Assembly: GCA_963769025.1 (NCBI GenBank)
Contig: CAVYKI010000009.1
Location: forward strand, 768,001-832,000
Source of the DNA: an uncultured Verrucomicrobiae bacterium
GTDB lineage: Bacteria > Verrucomicrobiota > Verrucomicrobiia > Chthoniobacterales > Chthoniobacteraceae
DNA length: 64,000 nt
Reading direction: 5' to 3'
A program made the translations under genes and the position numbers. Every line of letters starts with the position of its first letter. Position 1 is the first letter of the stretch. Below are positions 43,827 to 56,000 of this stretch, in pieces. The notes under the pieces were generated by a model that was given only the letters and a program-made list of their open reading frames with translations, did no database searches and was not told the origin of the DNA.

Positions 43827-44727
43827 ATGTCGTGCTCCAAGATTGATCCCGCGCTCCACCAGGCCCGCAAGCCTGATTGGATCAAGGTGCGCCTGCCCAA
43901 CAACCCGGTCTTCTTTTCCACCAAGGCGCTCATCACCGACCTTCGCCTGAACACCGTCTGCGAGAGCGCGCAGTGCCCGAATCGCTGGGAATGCTGGAGC
44001 AGTGGCACCGCCACATTCATGATCGCCGGCGACCGCTGCACGCGCGCGTGCGGCTTTTGCGCGGTCACGACGGCAAAGCCCTTCGCGCTCGAGGACGACG
44101 AACCGCAGCGCGTGGCCGAGGCGATCCGCCGGATGAAGCTCAAGCACGTCGTCATCACCGCCGTCGCTCGGGACGATCTGAAGGATGGCGGAGCGCTGCA
44201 TTTCGCGCGCACCATCGAGGCCGTGCGCGGCGTCGGACCCGCAGATCGTCATCGAGGTGCTCACGCCGGACTTCCACGCAAAGGAGGAATGCCTTTCGCT
44301 CGTCGCCGCCGCGCGCCCGCACATTTTCAATCACAACGTCGAAACCGTCGAGCGCCTGACGCCGATGGTCCGCTCGCGCGCGAAATACGCAGTGAGCATG
44401 CGCGTGCTGCGATGGATGAAAACGCACTCGCCGGAAATCGTGACGAAGAGCGGCCTCATGCTCGGCCTCGGCGAGACGGAGCCCGAGATTTTCCAGACGA
44501 TGGACGACCTCCGCGAAAATGGCGTGCAGCTCCTCACCATCGGCCAGTATCTGCGCCCGAGCGCGCAGCACCTGCCCGTCGTCGAATACGTCCACCCCGA
44601 CAGCTTCAAGCTCTACGAGCGCATCGCCTACGAAAAGGGCTTCGAGTTCGTCGCGAGCGGCCCGCTCGTGCGAAGTTCCTACCACGCCGCGGACTACGAT
44701 CCGCGGACGCGCCACAACTTGAAGTAA
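43827..44727 (+). CDS. lipA: Lipoyl synthase (frameshift near 44230)
   Basis: KPDWIK, CESAQCPNRWEC, CTRACGFC, then IEVLTPDF, NHNVETV, KSGLMLGLGE, GQYLRP, RSSY. Confidence 0.95.
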
Positions 44728-44757
44728 CGCGGCGCGCAGCCTGCTATTCCACGCCGC

Positions 44758-45500
44758 ATGCCAGCCCAGCCCACCGCCACACGCGCCAACGTCGCAGCGC
44801 TCATCCCGTGCTATTTCGAGGAAAAGCAAATCCGCGGCGTGGCCACCGCGGCAAAGGCCGCAGCTCGATCTCGTCCTCGTCGTCGATGACGGCTCGACGG
44901 ATCGCACGAGCGACGAGGCGCGCGCCGCCGGCGTCGAAGTCATCAAGCACGAAAAGAACGCCGGCAAAGGCGCCGCGATCAAAACCGGCCTGCGTGCCCT
45001 CCTGGAACGGCCGGGTGTGGACTTCGTCCTCATCCTCGACGGCGACGGTCAGCATCTGCCCGACGAAATCCCGAACTTCCTCGCCGAGGCCAATGCCACC
45101 GGCGCCGCGATGGTCGTCGGCAACCGCATGGGCGACGTGCGCGACATGCCCTTCGTGCGCAAATGCACGAACCGCTACATGAGCTGGACCATCAGCCGCG
45201 TCATCGGCCAGCGCGTGCCGGATTCGCAATGCGGCTTCCGCATGTTCCACCGCGTCGCTCGCCGCGGAGTTGCTCGCGACGGAAAGCACCAGCTTCGATT
45301 TCGAAACCGAGATGCTCGCGCTCGCCGCCCGCCGCGGATGCCGCATCGGCGCCGCGAAAGTCAGCACGGTCTATGGCGACGAGGTCAGCAAGATCCACCC
45401 CGTCCGAGACACGCTCCGCTTTTTCAAGCTCCTCAAGCGCCTGAAACGCGAAGCCAAATCAGCGCCACAGGCAGCCGCATCGCCCGCCGCCGCCAGGTAG
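44758..45500 (+). CDS. Glycosyltransferase family 2 (DPM1-like), 2 frameshifts
   Basis: LIPCYFEE, VVDDGSTD, NAGKGAA, DGDGQH, DSQCGFR, FETEML, SKIHPVRD. Confidence 0.87.
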
Positions 45501-45556
45501 GGCGCGTTCGCCGAACGCGCCCTGATTCGCGGGACGGCTCGGCGAGCGGTCCCTAC
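45497..45556. repeat. GTAG-family REP inverted doublet (REPIN-like)
   Basis: GTAGGGCGCGTTCGCCGAACGCGCCC, then an inverted copy whose reverse complement is GTAGGGACCGCTCGCCGAGCCGTCCC. Confidence 0.8.
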
Positions 45557-45565
45557 CCCGACGCA

Positions 45566-46498
45566 TTACCCACGCGCAGCAAGCATCCACGCCGCGGCGA
45601 GCGTTCCCGCCGCGCCGGCACCGCACGCCGCCTGCACCCAGGCCCGCGCCCCGCGTCGCGCTCCGACGGCGAAAAGCCCCGCGCCGAGAAAAATCCCCGC
45701 GATGAGCCCGAAGAGATGCGCCATCACATCCACGTTTCCGGCGTCGAGCAGCGGCGCGCCATCGCGTCCGATCCCCGCGCCGCCGTACAGCGCGAGGAAC
45801 GCAAGCCCCGCGCCGATCGGCACGAAGACCCGCCAGCCCGTGTGAACTGCGCGATGCATCAGCCGCGCCGCCAATTCGCCGCCGGCGAGCAGGCCGAGGC
45901 TCGCGAAGAGCGCCGTCGAGGATCCGATGCTTTGGTGCGGATTGGCCGCGTGTAAAAATGCGTTCATCAGATTCCCGAGCGCGCCGCCCATCACGGTGCC
46001 GAGCAGGCCCGCTCCCGTGCCGAACCTCGAAAACACAAACGCAAACGCGAACACCCCGAGGCTGATGTTCGACACGAGATGCTCCGCATCGCCGTGCAAG
46101 GTCAGCGCGGTGAAAACGCGCCACCATTCGCCGCCGAGGATCGCGGAATCCGCCGCGACACCACGCTCGACGAGTTCCGCGGGCGCGGCCATCTGCGCGC
46201 GATAAAGCAGCACCATCGCGACGAGCGTCATCGCCAGCGCGAACTTCGGAATCTCCAGCGGTTCCACCTTCTGCGCACGCGGACGCGCCTTTTCCTCCTC
46301 CTCGAATTCCGCCAGCGCAGCGGCCACGCGCTCCCGCGCCTCCTCCTCGACCCTCAGCACCCACGCGCCGTCCTCGCGCACGATCCAGTGCGGCAGTTCC
46401 ATCGCCGCGACGACGAGCCCTCGTTCGCGCGCGGCCTTCAGCCGCCGGTAGCGGCCGACTTCCGCGAGCGGGACGGATGGCTGGTCTTCAGAAGTCAT
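45566..46498 (-). CDS. Rhomboid family intramembrane serine protease
   Basis: EWWRVFTA, H.D.EHLVSN, GSS catalytic serine, AHLFG catalytic histidine. Confidence 0.9.
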   Translation of the reverse strand: MTSEDQPSVPLAEVGRYRRLKAARERGLVVAAMELPHWIVREDGAWVLRVEEEARERVAAALAEFEEEEKARPRAQKVEPLEIPKFALAMTLVAMVLLYRAQMAAPAELVERGVAADSAILGGEWWRVFTALTLHGDAEHLVSNISLGVFAFAFVFSRFGTGAGLLGTVMGGALGNLMNAFLHAANPHQSIGSSTALFASLGLLAGGELAARLMHRAVHTGWRVFVPIGAGLAFLALYGGAGIGRDGAPLLDAGNVDVMAHLFGLIAGIFLGAGLFAVGARRGARAWVQAACGAGAAGTLAAAWMLAARG

Positions 46499-46624
46499 GG
46501 ATGTCCCCTCTTAATCCGAATCCCCGGCAGAATCCCACTCCGCGTTTCAGCGCCGCCCTTGCGCATTTCGCGCGCCGGGGCTTGTTCAGGCTGTCCCGAT
46601 TTCCGACAAGCGCAGCGCCACGCC

Positions 46625-49086
46625 GTGAATGCCCTCTTCCAACATCTGACGGTCCCCGACCTCTGGCAGCAGGAAGCCGTGCAGGCGCTCCGCGCCGGGA
46701 AGGATGTCGTCGTGCACGCGCCGACGGGCGCGGGAAAAACCTACATCTTCGAGATGTTCCAGCCGCAGTTGAAAGGGCAGGCCGTCTTCACCGTGCCGAC
46801 CCGCGCGCTCGCAAATGACAAGCTCACCGAGTGGCGCGAGCGCGGCTGGGATGTCGGCATCTCCACCGGCGATCTCGCGCTCCGGCTCGATGCCCGCATC
46901 GTCGTCGCGACGCTCGAGACGCAGCGGCGGCGTTTCATCCGGCGCGAAGGCCCGCAGCTCCTCGTCGTCGATGAATACCAGATGATCGGCGACCCGCATC
47001 GCGGCGTGAATTACGAACTCGCGCTCGCGCTCGCGCCGCCGGAGACGCAGCTCCTCCTGCTCAGCGGAAGCGTCGGCAATCCGCAGGATGTCGTCGCGTG
47101 GCTGCGGCGCATCGGGCGCGACGCCGTGCTCATCTCGCACGACGTGCGCCCCGTCCCGCTCAACGAAGTGGACATCGAGGCGCTGCCGAACCGAGCATCG
47201 TCGGACATCCGCGGCTACTGGCCGCGCATGATCACGAACGCGCTCCGCGCCGACCTCGGCCCGATCCTCATGTTCGCGCCGCGACGGAAGGCCGCGGAGG
47301 AATTCGCCCAGTCGCTCGCCGGCGCGCTGCCGGATCCGCACCCGCTCGTGCTCTCGCCGGAGCAGGAAAATCTCGCCGGTCCGAAGCTCGCGCGCCTGCT
47401 CGCAGGCACGCGTCGCGTACCACCACAGCGGCCTGAGCTATGCGCAGCGCGCAGGAGTCGTCGAGCCGCTCGCGAAGAACGGCCAGCTCCGCGTCGTCGT
47501 CGCGACGATGGGACTCGCCGCCGGGATCAATTTCTCGATGCGCTCCGTCGTCGTCACCGACACGCGCTACATGGTGGGCAGCTTCGAGCGCGTCGGTGCA
47601 GCCCGATGAGCTGCTCCAGATGTTCGGACGCGCCGGCCGCCGCGGACTCGATGAATCCGGCCACGTACTCTTCACCGAAAGCACGCCCCGGCTGCTCAAC
47701 GCACGCGCACGCCAGCTCCGCCGGGCGACGAAACTCGACTGGCCCACGCTCATCGCCGTGATGCACGCCGCTGTCACGCGCGGCGAAGAGCCGTTCGGCG
47801 CTGCGCTCGATTCGAGCCGGAGGCTCTTCAGCCCGCAGAATGTGCTGCTCGGCGTCGAGCACGCGCGAGAGACCGGCCCGATGCCGTGCGGGCTCGGCGT
47901 GGACATGGAGCGCGCGCGTTTCATCCGCCGCGCTGTCACGGAAATCCGCAACTCGCGCGGCGAATGGCAGCCGGCACCGGAACCCGAGGACGTCCCGCTC
48001 GGTGAGGCATTGATTTTTCACGAAGGGCGCTGGCGACCCGCGCTCAGCGTTGCGCGCTCGCTCGACGGAATCGGCTTCGGCCAGCTCTGCCGGCTCGATG
48101 TTCCCAATCAGCGCCGGTACGGACGCGAGCTCGTCCTCGGCACGCTGCGCGATGACGGCCTCGCGCTCGCGCCGTGGCTGCGCAGGCAAATGAAGAGGAG
48201 CCATGTCCCCGAAGGCGAGATCGAGAGCACCGTCCTCGACAAGCTTCCGCCGCTCGTGCGCGCCGCCTGCGTCCAGCCGCCGCTCGCAAACGAAGTCCCT
48301 CCGCCTCGGAAGCAGGCCCCTGCGTTTTCGGTCGCGTCCGTTTTCGAGCGGGGCGAACATCTCGTCGTCCATCTCGACTTTTCCCCGCATCGCGTCACCG
48401 CATTTCGCGACCGGCACGGTCTCGCGGTTATCGATCCCGAATCGCGGGAGATTCCCCCGCCCTGCTGCGAAGCGTGCCCCGAGGCCCAGTGGTGCCGTTC
48501 GGCGGAAATCACTGCGACGCCCGCGTGGATATGGCGACGGCTCGGCCTCATCGAGACCGACGGACGTCCGACGCGCCGCGGCATCGTCTTCAGTTTCTTT
48601 CATCACGCCGAAGGTCTCGCCATCGCCGCCGCGCTTGAGGATTCCGGCTACGCAATCGCCGACCTGATCTACGACCTTGCAAACCTCCGCGCCGGACCGC
48701 GGTTCGCGGGCGACGATTCGCCGTTCGGCGGACGGCTCGGCCTGGCCTGTTCAAGGGCAACCGATCGCGCGGATCTCGACGGCTACCTCTCGATGGGCGT
48801 GCCGGTGGAATATGGCGCGGGCGCAGAGGAACTCGTCCGCGAAATCACCGAGCACGGGACGGCGATCGGCAAACTCCAGACCGAAACGTTGCGAAGTGGC
48901 GACATCGAGCGCGCCTTGATCGAATGGCGCAGCGTCCTGCGGCACATCGCGATGGCCCCCGACTACGAATGGGACCGCTGGCAGGAACTCCAGCGCGCCG
49001 CGGCCATCCACATCGAGACAAACGCCCCTGCGCGACTGCCCGAACTCCCGCCGCTCACAGCGGCGCAGCGCAGGAGCGCGCAGTGA
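46625..49086 (+). CDS. Ski2-like SF2 helicase (2 frameshifts near 47405 and 47590)
   Basis: APTGAGKT, PTRALANDK, VDEYQ, LLSGS, RPVPL, HHSG, AGIN, QMFGRAGRRGLD. Confidence 0.87.
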
Positions 49087-49177
49087 AAATCGGCGGCGTA
49101 TCCGCTTCGCGCGCACTTCCGGGAAGATAGCGAACGCGGGAGTGGCGCAATTTTTCGAGGTCGCTAGTCTCGTTCGG

Positions 49178-50092
49178 ATGAAACCGCGACCGCTGACCGA
49201 CTACGCACGGCTCTCCGTGGTGGCGGCAGTGATCACTTTCATCCTGAAACTCTCCGCGTGGAAACTCACCGGCTCGGTCGGTCTGCTCTCCGACGCGCTG
49301 GAATCGCTCGCCAATCTCGCCGCGGCCCTGGTCGCGCTCGGCTCGCTCGCGGTCGCCGCGCGTCCCGCAGACGAGGATCATGCGTTCGGCCACTCAAAGG
49401 CGGAGTACTTTGCCGCGGGCATCGAGGGCGCGCTCATCATCGTCGCGGCCGGGGCGATCGGCTGGAGCGCAGTGGATCGCCTTTTTTCGCCGCAGGCGCT
49501 GAACGAACCGGTTCTGGGAATAGCCATCTCGACGCTCGCCTCGCTGGTGAATCTCGCCGTCGCCCGAATCCTCCTCGCCGTCGGGCGCGAGCGAAACTCC
49601 ATCGCGCTCGAAGCCGACGGAAGACACCTCATGACCGATGTGTGGACCTCCGCAGCGGTCATCACCGCGGTCGCCGTCGTGGCGCTCACCGGATGGTGGT
49701 GGATGGACCCGTTCATCGGCCTGTTCCTCGCGGTGCACATCGTGATGACCGGCGTGAAGCTCGTGCGCGAGTCCATGCTCGGGCTCATGGACACCGGGCT
49801 CCCGACGGTGCAGCTCGAGATCATCCGCGCAACGCTGGGCCAGTATGAAAAGGAGGGCGTGCAGTATCACGCGCTGCTCACCCGGCGCGCGGCGGCGCGG
49901 CGTTTCATGAGCGTCCATCTGCTCATGCCGGGCACGTGGTCCATTTCCCGAGGGCATGACCTCGCGGAACGGATCGAATCCGACCTGCGCAAGGCACTCC
50001 CGGGTCTCATCGTGCTGACCCACCTCGAGCCCGACGACGATCCGGCCTCGTGGAAGGATGTGAAACTGGAGCGCGAGGATACCGTCGATTGA
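49178..50092 (+). CDS. Cation diffusion facilitator transporter (FieF-like)
   Basis: TGSVGLLSDALES, HAFGHSKAEY, ADGRHLMTD, DP, HLEP. Confidence 0.92.
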   Translation: MKPRPLTDYARLSVVAAVITFILKLSAWKLTGSVGLLSDALESLANLAAALVALGSLAVAARPADEDHAFGHSKAEYFAAGIEGALIIVAAGAIGWSAVDRLFSPQALNEPVLGIAISTLASLVNLAVARILLAVGRERNSIALEADGRHLMTDVWTSAAVITAVAVVALTGWWWMDPFIGLFLAVHIVMTGVKLVRESMLGLMDTGLPTVQLEIIRATLGQYEKEGVQYHALLTRRAAARRFMSVHLLMPGTWSISRGHDLAERIESDLRKALPGLIVLTHLEPDDDPASWKDVKLEREDTVD

Positions 50093-50113
50093 CGCCGGAG
50101 GAGGCGGGCCATT

Positions 50114-51163
50114 CTACAGGTGTTCGCCGGCGAGCACGTCGGTTTCCTTCAACGCGAGAGGGAAAGGCTCCATGGGCATCGGCTCGTCGTGAGCGAGAAA
50201 TTCCTCACAGACGCGGAAGAACTCCGCGCGCGTCGTCACCCGCCGGATGGCGTGAAGGAATCTGCCGCTCGGCTCCACGCCGAGGCCGATGAAGTTCAGA
50301 TACTTCTTCATCTTATGCACCTGCGAGTGCTCCGAAACCTCCGGCGTGCAAACCGCGCCGAAGAGCGCGCGGATGTAATCGAGCACGTCGCGCCCGCGCG
50401 GAACCATGGGAATCTCGCCGCGCTGATGCTGTCGGATTTGCTCGAACATCCACGGATTGCGGATCGCTCCGCGGCCGATCATCAGCCCGCGCGCACCAGT
50501 GAGCGCGAGGACTTCGGCCGCTTTCCGGGCGGAGGAAACGTTGCCGTTTGCGAGCACCGGACAGGTCATCGCATCCACGGCGCGCGCGATGTAGTCGTAG
50601 TGGACATCGCTGCGATACATCTCCGCGACGGTGCGGCCATGCACGGTGAGGAGGTCGAGCGAGTGACGCGCGAAGATCGGCAGGAATTCGTCGAACACCG
50701 CGGGGTCGTCGAATCCGATCCGCGTCTTCACCGTGAACTTCACTTTCACCACGTCTCGCAGCGCGCCGAGGATCGCATCCACGCGCCGGGGCTCGCGCAG
50801 CAGCCCACCGCCGGCGCACTTTTTGTAAACGATGGGTGCGGGGCAGCCGAGGTTCAGATCGATCGCTGCGACGGGATATTCCTGCAGCTTGCGCGCGGTG
50901 CGGACGAGCGACGGGATGTCATTGCCGATCATCTGCGCGACCGCCGGGCGGCCCGTGGGATTCGCCGTGATGGATTCGAGGATCCATTTTTCCAGATTCG
51001 AGTCGGCGTGGACGCGGAAGTATTCGGTGAAATACACGTCCGCCCCGCCGTAGCGTGTCATCAGCCGCCAGAACGGCAGGTCCGTGACCTCCTGCATCGG
51101 CGCGAGCGCGAGGATCGGCGCGGTGCCATCGAGCAGGTTTTGAAATGAAGTGGCGGCGTCCAA
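50114..51163 (-). CDS. Second tRNA-dihydrouridine synthase family protein (DusC-like); start uncertain
   Basis: LAPMQEVTD, QMIG, DLNLGCP, VKTRIG, VHGRT, ANGNV, MIGRGA. Confidence 0.88.
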   Translation of the reverse strand: MDAATSFQNLLDGTAPILALAPMQEVTDLPFWRLMTRYGGADVYFTEYFRVHADSNLEKWILESITANPTGRPAVAQMIGNDIPSLVRTARKLQEYPVAAIDLNLGCPAPIVYKKCAGGGLLREPRRVDAILGALRDVVKVKFTVKTRIGFDDPAVFDEFLPIFARHSLDLLTVHGRTVAEMYRSDVHYDYIARAVDAMTCPVLANGNVSSARKAAEVLALTGARGLMIGRGAIRNPWMFEQIRQHQRGEIPMVPRGRDVLDYIRALFGAVCTPEVSEHSQVHKMKKYLNFIGLGVEPSGRFLHAIRRVTTRAEFFRVCEEFLAHDEPMPMEPFPLALKETDVLAGEHL

Positions 51164-51234
51164 GACGCGGATGCTTACCTCTGAATGCCGCCCGCCGCAA
51201 GGAGCCGAACCGGGTGCAAAGCATGTGCGTTGCA

Positions 51235-52387
51235 ATGATGCCGATGCTCGCGCACTTTTCCGCGCACGTGCAACAAGCCGCCTACACCACTCTGCCGCCG
51301 GACCGGGATGAAGCCCCGCGTCGCGGCTCGCTGTATGATCTCAGCTTTTCTGCGCTCGAGCGCGTGTTGGTCGATGCCGGATTGAACGCGGTCCACACGC
51401 GCGCACTTTGGAAGGCGCTTTACCGCGGCGGCGGACTCAGGCCGGGGGAGTTGGAAAAGTTCTCGCCGCCTTTGCGCCGCTGGATCGAGGCGCGAATCGA
51501 CGGCGGCAACGCCCCCATTTCCGAAACGGCGGAGGTGGTCGCCGACATCGCGAGCAGCGACGGGCTGACGCGGAAATTTCTCCTGCGGCTCGACGACGGG
51601 CAGACGATCGAGACGGTGGTGATGGGCTACGCGGGGCGCATCACGGCGTGCGTGAGCACGCAGGCCGGGTGCGCGATGGGCTGCGTGTTTTGCGCGACGG
51701 GGCAGATGGGATTTTCGCGGCATCTGCGCGCCCGGCGAGATCGTCGCGCAGGTGCTGCATGCGCGTGATGCCGTCGCACGGCAGGGCGGCAATTCGCTGC
51801 GCAATCTCGTGCTCATGGGGATGGGCGAGCCGCTGCACAATTACGACGCGGTGCTCGCAGCGCTGGAAATCATCAGCGACACGCGCGGGCTCAACATCGG
51901 CCCGGCGAAGATCACGATCAGCACGGTCGGCGTCGTCCCCGGCATCCTGCGGCTCGCGGAGGAAAAGCGCGGCTACGGTCTCGCCGTGAGCCTGCACGGC
52001 GCGACGGACGAGGAACGCACCGCACTCGTGCCCGCGGGCAAACGCTGGCCGCTCGATGAACTCATCGCCGCGTGCCGCACGTACTGCACGCGCACGGGAC
52101 GGCGCATCTTCTTTGAATGGACGCTCATCGCAGGGACGAACGACACGCCAGCGCAGGCGCGGCGGCTCGGCGAACTGCTCTCCGGGATCGATGCGCATGT
52201 GAATCTCATCCCGCTGAATCCCACGGGCGGATTCGCCGGCGGCACGGCGTCGTCTGCCGCAGCGGCGGAGTTTCAGCGCGTGCTGAAGTCCGCGGGAATC
52301 CCGAGCACGGTCCGGCAGCGGCGCGGCATCGATGTCGCCGCGGGCTGCGGGCAGTTGCGGACGGAGCGGGAACGGTCGGCGGCGTAG
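51235..52387 (+). CDS. rlmN: 23S rRNA m2A2503 / tRNA methyltransferase RlmN (frameshift near 51730; start uncertain)
   Basis: IETV, CVSTQAGCAMGCVFCATG, MGMGEPL, ISTVG, SLH, NLIP, GCGQL. Confidence 0.9.
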
Positions 52388-52451
52388 GGCACCGCCGCGC
52401 GCGCACATTCATCTCGCCGCGGAGCGCACCGCCACGGTAGAAGTCGCGGCC

Positions 52452-52865
52452 ATGTGGGCATTCCTTTCCAAGAATCGTGACGCCGGTCTGTTGATGCTGC
52501 GCCTCTCGCTCGGCGCGCTGTTCATCTGGGCGCACGGCTGGAGCAAACTCGCGGGGGGCACCGACACATGGCACGGCATCGGCGGGGCGATGAAGCACTT
52601 CGGCATCACGTTCTGGCCCACGTTCTGGGGCTTCCTCGCCACGATGGCGGAGACCGCGGGCATCGTGCTCTTCATGATCGGCCTCGCCTTCCGCCCGGCA
52701 TGCGTCGTCATCGCGTTCACGATGGCCGTGGCGGGCATCCACGCATGGAACACCGCCAGCAGGGGAATGAGCCTCCAGAACGCGTCGCACGCGTGGGAAC
52801 TCGGCCTCGTTTTCCTCTCCTGCATTTTCATCGGCCCTGGAAAATACAGCGTGGACAAAAACTAG
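52452..52865 (+). CDS. DoxX family membrane protein
   Basis: LLMLR...HGWSKL...AE...GPGKYSVD. Confidence 0.88.
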   Translation: MWAFLSKNRDAGLLMLRLSLGALFIWAHGWSKLAGGTDTWHGIGGAMKHFGITFWPTFWGFLATMAETAGIVLFMIGLAFRPACVVIAFTMAVAGIHAWNTASRGMSLQNASHAWELGLVFLSCIFIGPGKYSVDKN

Positions 52866-53078
52866 CGCGACAGCCTGCACCACTGACCGGACCCATCCCC
52901 CGCCTCCGCGCCGCGTGCCTGGACGGAGGCGGCATACGGGGCGGTTTCGTCCACGGACTCCGGCGGATTTTTTCATGAAGATAACACCTCCATCCCCCAA
53001 TGGTTGAGGCCGTGTTTCCATGGCGGCATTTCGGCCGCCGGGGACTCCGCGCTGCGATGTGGGCAGCGCCACGCAGTC

Positions 53079-56000
53079 ATGACTGAAGGTTCGCGAAATC
53101 AGCCGCCTTCGCCGCGGGCGTTCGAGCGCGCACGCACCGCGATGCGCCGCTGGCCTCCATCACCAGCGGGGGTATTGATCCTCCTGGGGATCGCGGCCGC
53201 GTACTTCGGCACCGCGCGGGTCGGGCTGCTCCTTGCGATGGCGGGCGGAAATGTGACGCCTGTCTGGCCGCCATCGGGAATCGCTTTTGCGGCGCTCCTG
53301 ATTTTCGGAGCGAGGGTCTGGCCGGGCATCTGGATCGGGGCGTTTGCCGCGAATTTTTGGGGCGCGTACTATACGGCATCCGGAGTGTCGCTGGCGCCGG
53401 CACTCATGTTTGCGGCTGGCGCGAGCACGGGCGCTGTGTTGACGGCGTGGCTCGGCGTGGTGCTCACGCAGCGGGTTGCCGGCACGGGCAATCCCCTCGA
53501 ACGCGTGCGGGATGTCTGTGCGCTCATGGGCCTTGGCGGTGTCACCGCTTGCCTGCTGAGCGCGAGCAATGGCGTGCTGTGGCTCGCCACCGCCGGACTC
53601 GCGCCGCGGGGAGAATGGGGATCGATCTGGCTCACGTGGTGGCTCGGCGACACCGCCGGCGTTTTGGTATTCGCGCCGCTGTTGATCGCGTGGTGCCTCG
53701 CGCCCTCCTTCCCGAAGCGCACGCGCTGGCCGGAGGCGGCCGGGTGTTTCGCGCTGCTGCTGGCGGCGGGCGGCATCATGTTCGACGGCGCGCTGCTGCC
53801 CACGCTCAGCGCCGGGCATTTTACATTTCTCATCATCCCGTTCCTCGTGTGGCCGGCCCTGCGGCTCGGGCAGCGCGGTGCGGCCACCGCGACCCTGGCG
53901 GTCGCATGCCTTGCGGTGTGGGGCGCGATCCATGGGGAAGGCCCGTTCATCCTCGCCACACGGAATGAAACGCTGCTCCTGCTGGAATTGTTCCTCAGCG
54001 TGGTGGCCCTGAGCGGGCTGTGCGTCGCCGCGGTCGCCACCGGGCAGAGCCGTGCGGAGGCGGAGCGCAGCACTGTCCTCGATGAACTCGAATCCCGGGT
54101 CCGCGGGCGCACGGCGGAACTCGTCGCGGAAATCGCGGAGCACGAGCGCACCGAGGGAAGGCTGGCCGATCGCGAGGCACATCTGCGCGCCATCGTGGAC
54201 TCCGAGCCGGAGTGCGTGAAGCTCCTCTCCGCCGAGGGCACGCTGCTGGAGATGAACCCCGCGGGGCTGGCGATGATCGAGGCGGAGTCCTTCGAGCAAG
54301 TCCGCGGCGCGAACATGGCCCGCCTGCTCGCCCCCGGCTACCGCGAGCCGTTCGCCAAGCTGACCCAGCGGGTTTTTGGTGGCCTGAGCGGAGGGTTGGA
54401 GTTCGAAATCACCGGCCTGAAAGGCACGCACCGCTGGCTGGAGACGCACGCGGTGCCGCTGCGCGGCGCGGACGGTGGAATCACGGCAATGCTCGGCATC
54501 ACGCGCGACATCACCGGGCGGAAGCAGGCGGCGGATGCCCTGCGCCACGAGCGCGATTTTTCCGCGACCGTGATCGACAGCCTGCCGGGCGTTTTCTACC
54601 TCGTGGATCCGCGGAGGCGGCTGCGGCGGTGGAACAAGAACTTCGAGAGGGTGACGGGCTATACCGCGATTGAACTCGGGAACATGGATGTGAGCCGGCT
54701 TTTTCCGCCGGCGGAGCTGCTCCGCGTGCAGGAGAGTTTTTTCAAGGTCCTGGAAACAGGCTCGGCCGATGTCGAAGCCGAACTCCTGCCAAGGGAAGGA
54801 CCGCCGGTGCCGTATTTTTTCACGGGGATGCGCGTGATGCTCAGGGACACGCCGTGCATGGCGGGCGTGGGCATCGACGTGACTGAACGGCGCAGAGCCG
54901 CCGCGGTCATCGAGGGGCAGAAAAGCGTGCTGGAATTGATCGCGAAGGGCGCGCCGCTCGCCGAAACGCTCACGGTTCTGCTCCGCGTGGTCGAGGCCCT
55001 GGCGCCGGAGATGCTCTGCTCGGTCCTTCTGCTCGACCCGGACGGCATCCACGTCCGCCACGGCGCGGCGCCGAGTCTGCCGGATGCGTTCAACCGCGCC
55101 GTGGACGGCCAGCCCATCGGCCCGAGCGCCGGTTCGTGCGGCACGGCGGCATTCCGCCGGGAACCGGTGATCGTGGAAGACATCGCGACGGACCCGCTCT
55201 GGGCGGATTACCGCGCAGCGGCGCTGCCGCACGGGCTGCGCGCCTGCTGGTCCACTCCCATCTTCGACGAGAAGCGCACCGTGCTCGGCACCTTCGCAAT
55301 CTACTCCCGAAAGCCGGCCCGGCCCACCTCGCGGCATCTGCACTGCATCGAGCTGGCCACGGGCCTCGCAGCCATCGCCATCAGCCGCACGCGCAGCCGG
55401 GCGGCGCTGGAGAAGATGCGCTTCAGCGTGGAGCGTGCGGGCGACGGCGTGTTCTGGATCAGCCCCGAGGGGCGCGTGCTGTATGTGAACCGCTCGGCCT
55501 GCGAACGGCTGGGGTATTCCCAGGACGAAATCCTCGGCATGACGATCCCGATCTCGATCCGGATTATCCGTCCGACACGTGGTCGGCGCACTGGGAGGAG
55601 CTGAAACGGACCGGGACGCGCACCTTCGAGACACGCCACCGCTGCAAGGACGGGCGCATGCTTTCCGTGGAGGTGAATGCGAACTTCGTCGAGTTCGACG
55701 GGAGCGAATTGAATTTCTGCTTTGTCCGCGACATCACCGAACGCAAACGGGTGCAGGCGCAGGCGACCGCGGTGCTGAATTCGCTGACGGCCCACATCGC
55801 GGTGGTGGACGGGCACGGCATCGTGCTGGCCGTGAACAAACCGTGGCTGCGCTTCGCACGCGAGAACGATGCCTCGGACCGTCGCGACGTCCTTCCGGGC
55901 GTGAACTATCTCGATGTCGTCCAGCGGGCCGTGGCGGCGGGCGACGAGTTTGCCACGGAGGCCCTGGCCGGCATTCGCAGGGTGCTCCATGGCGGGGAGG

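Noticed and set aside
52866..53078. Hairpins upstream of the giant kinase as a structured RNA
   Set aside because: GC-rich stems (CCGCCTCCG...CGGAGGCGG) fit a terminator or chance pairing; no family could be recognised.
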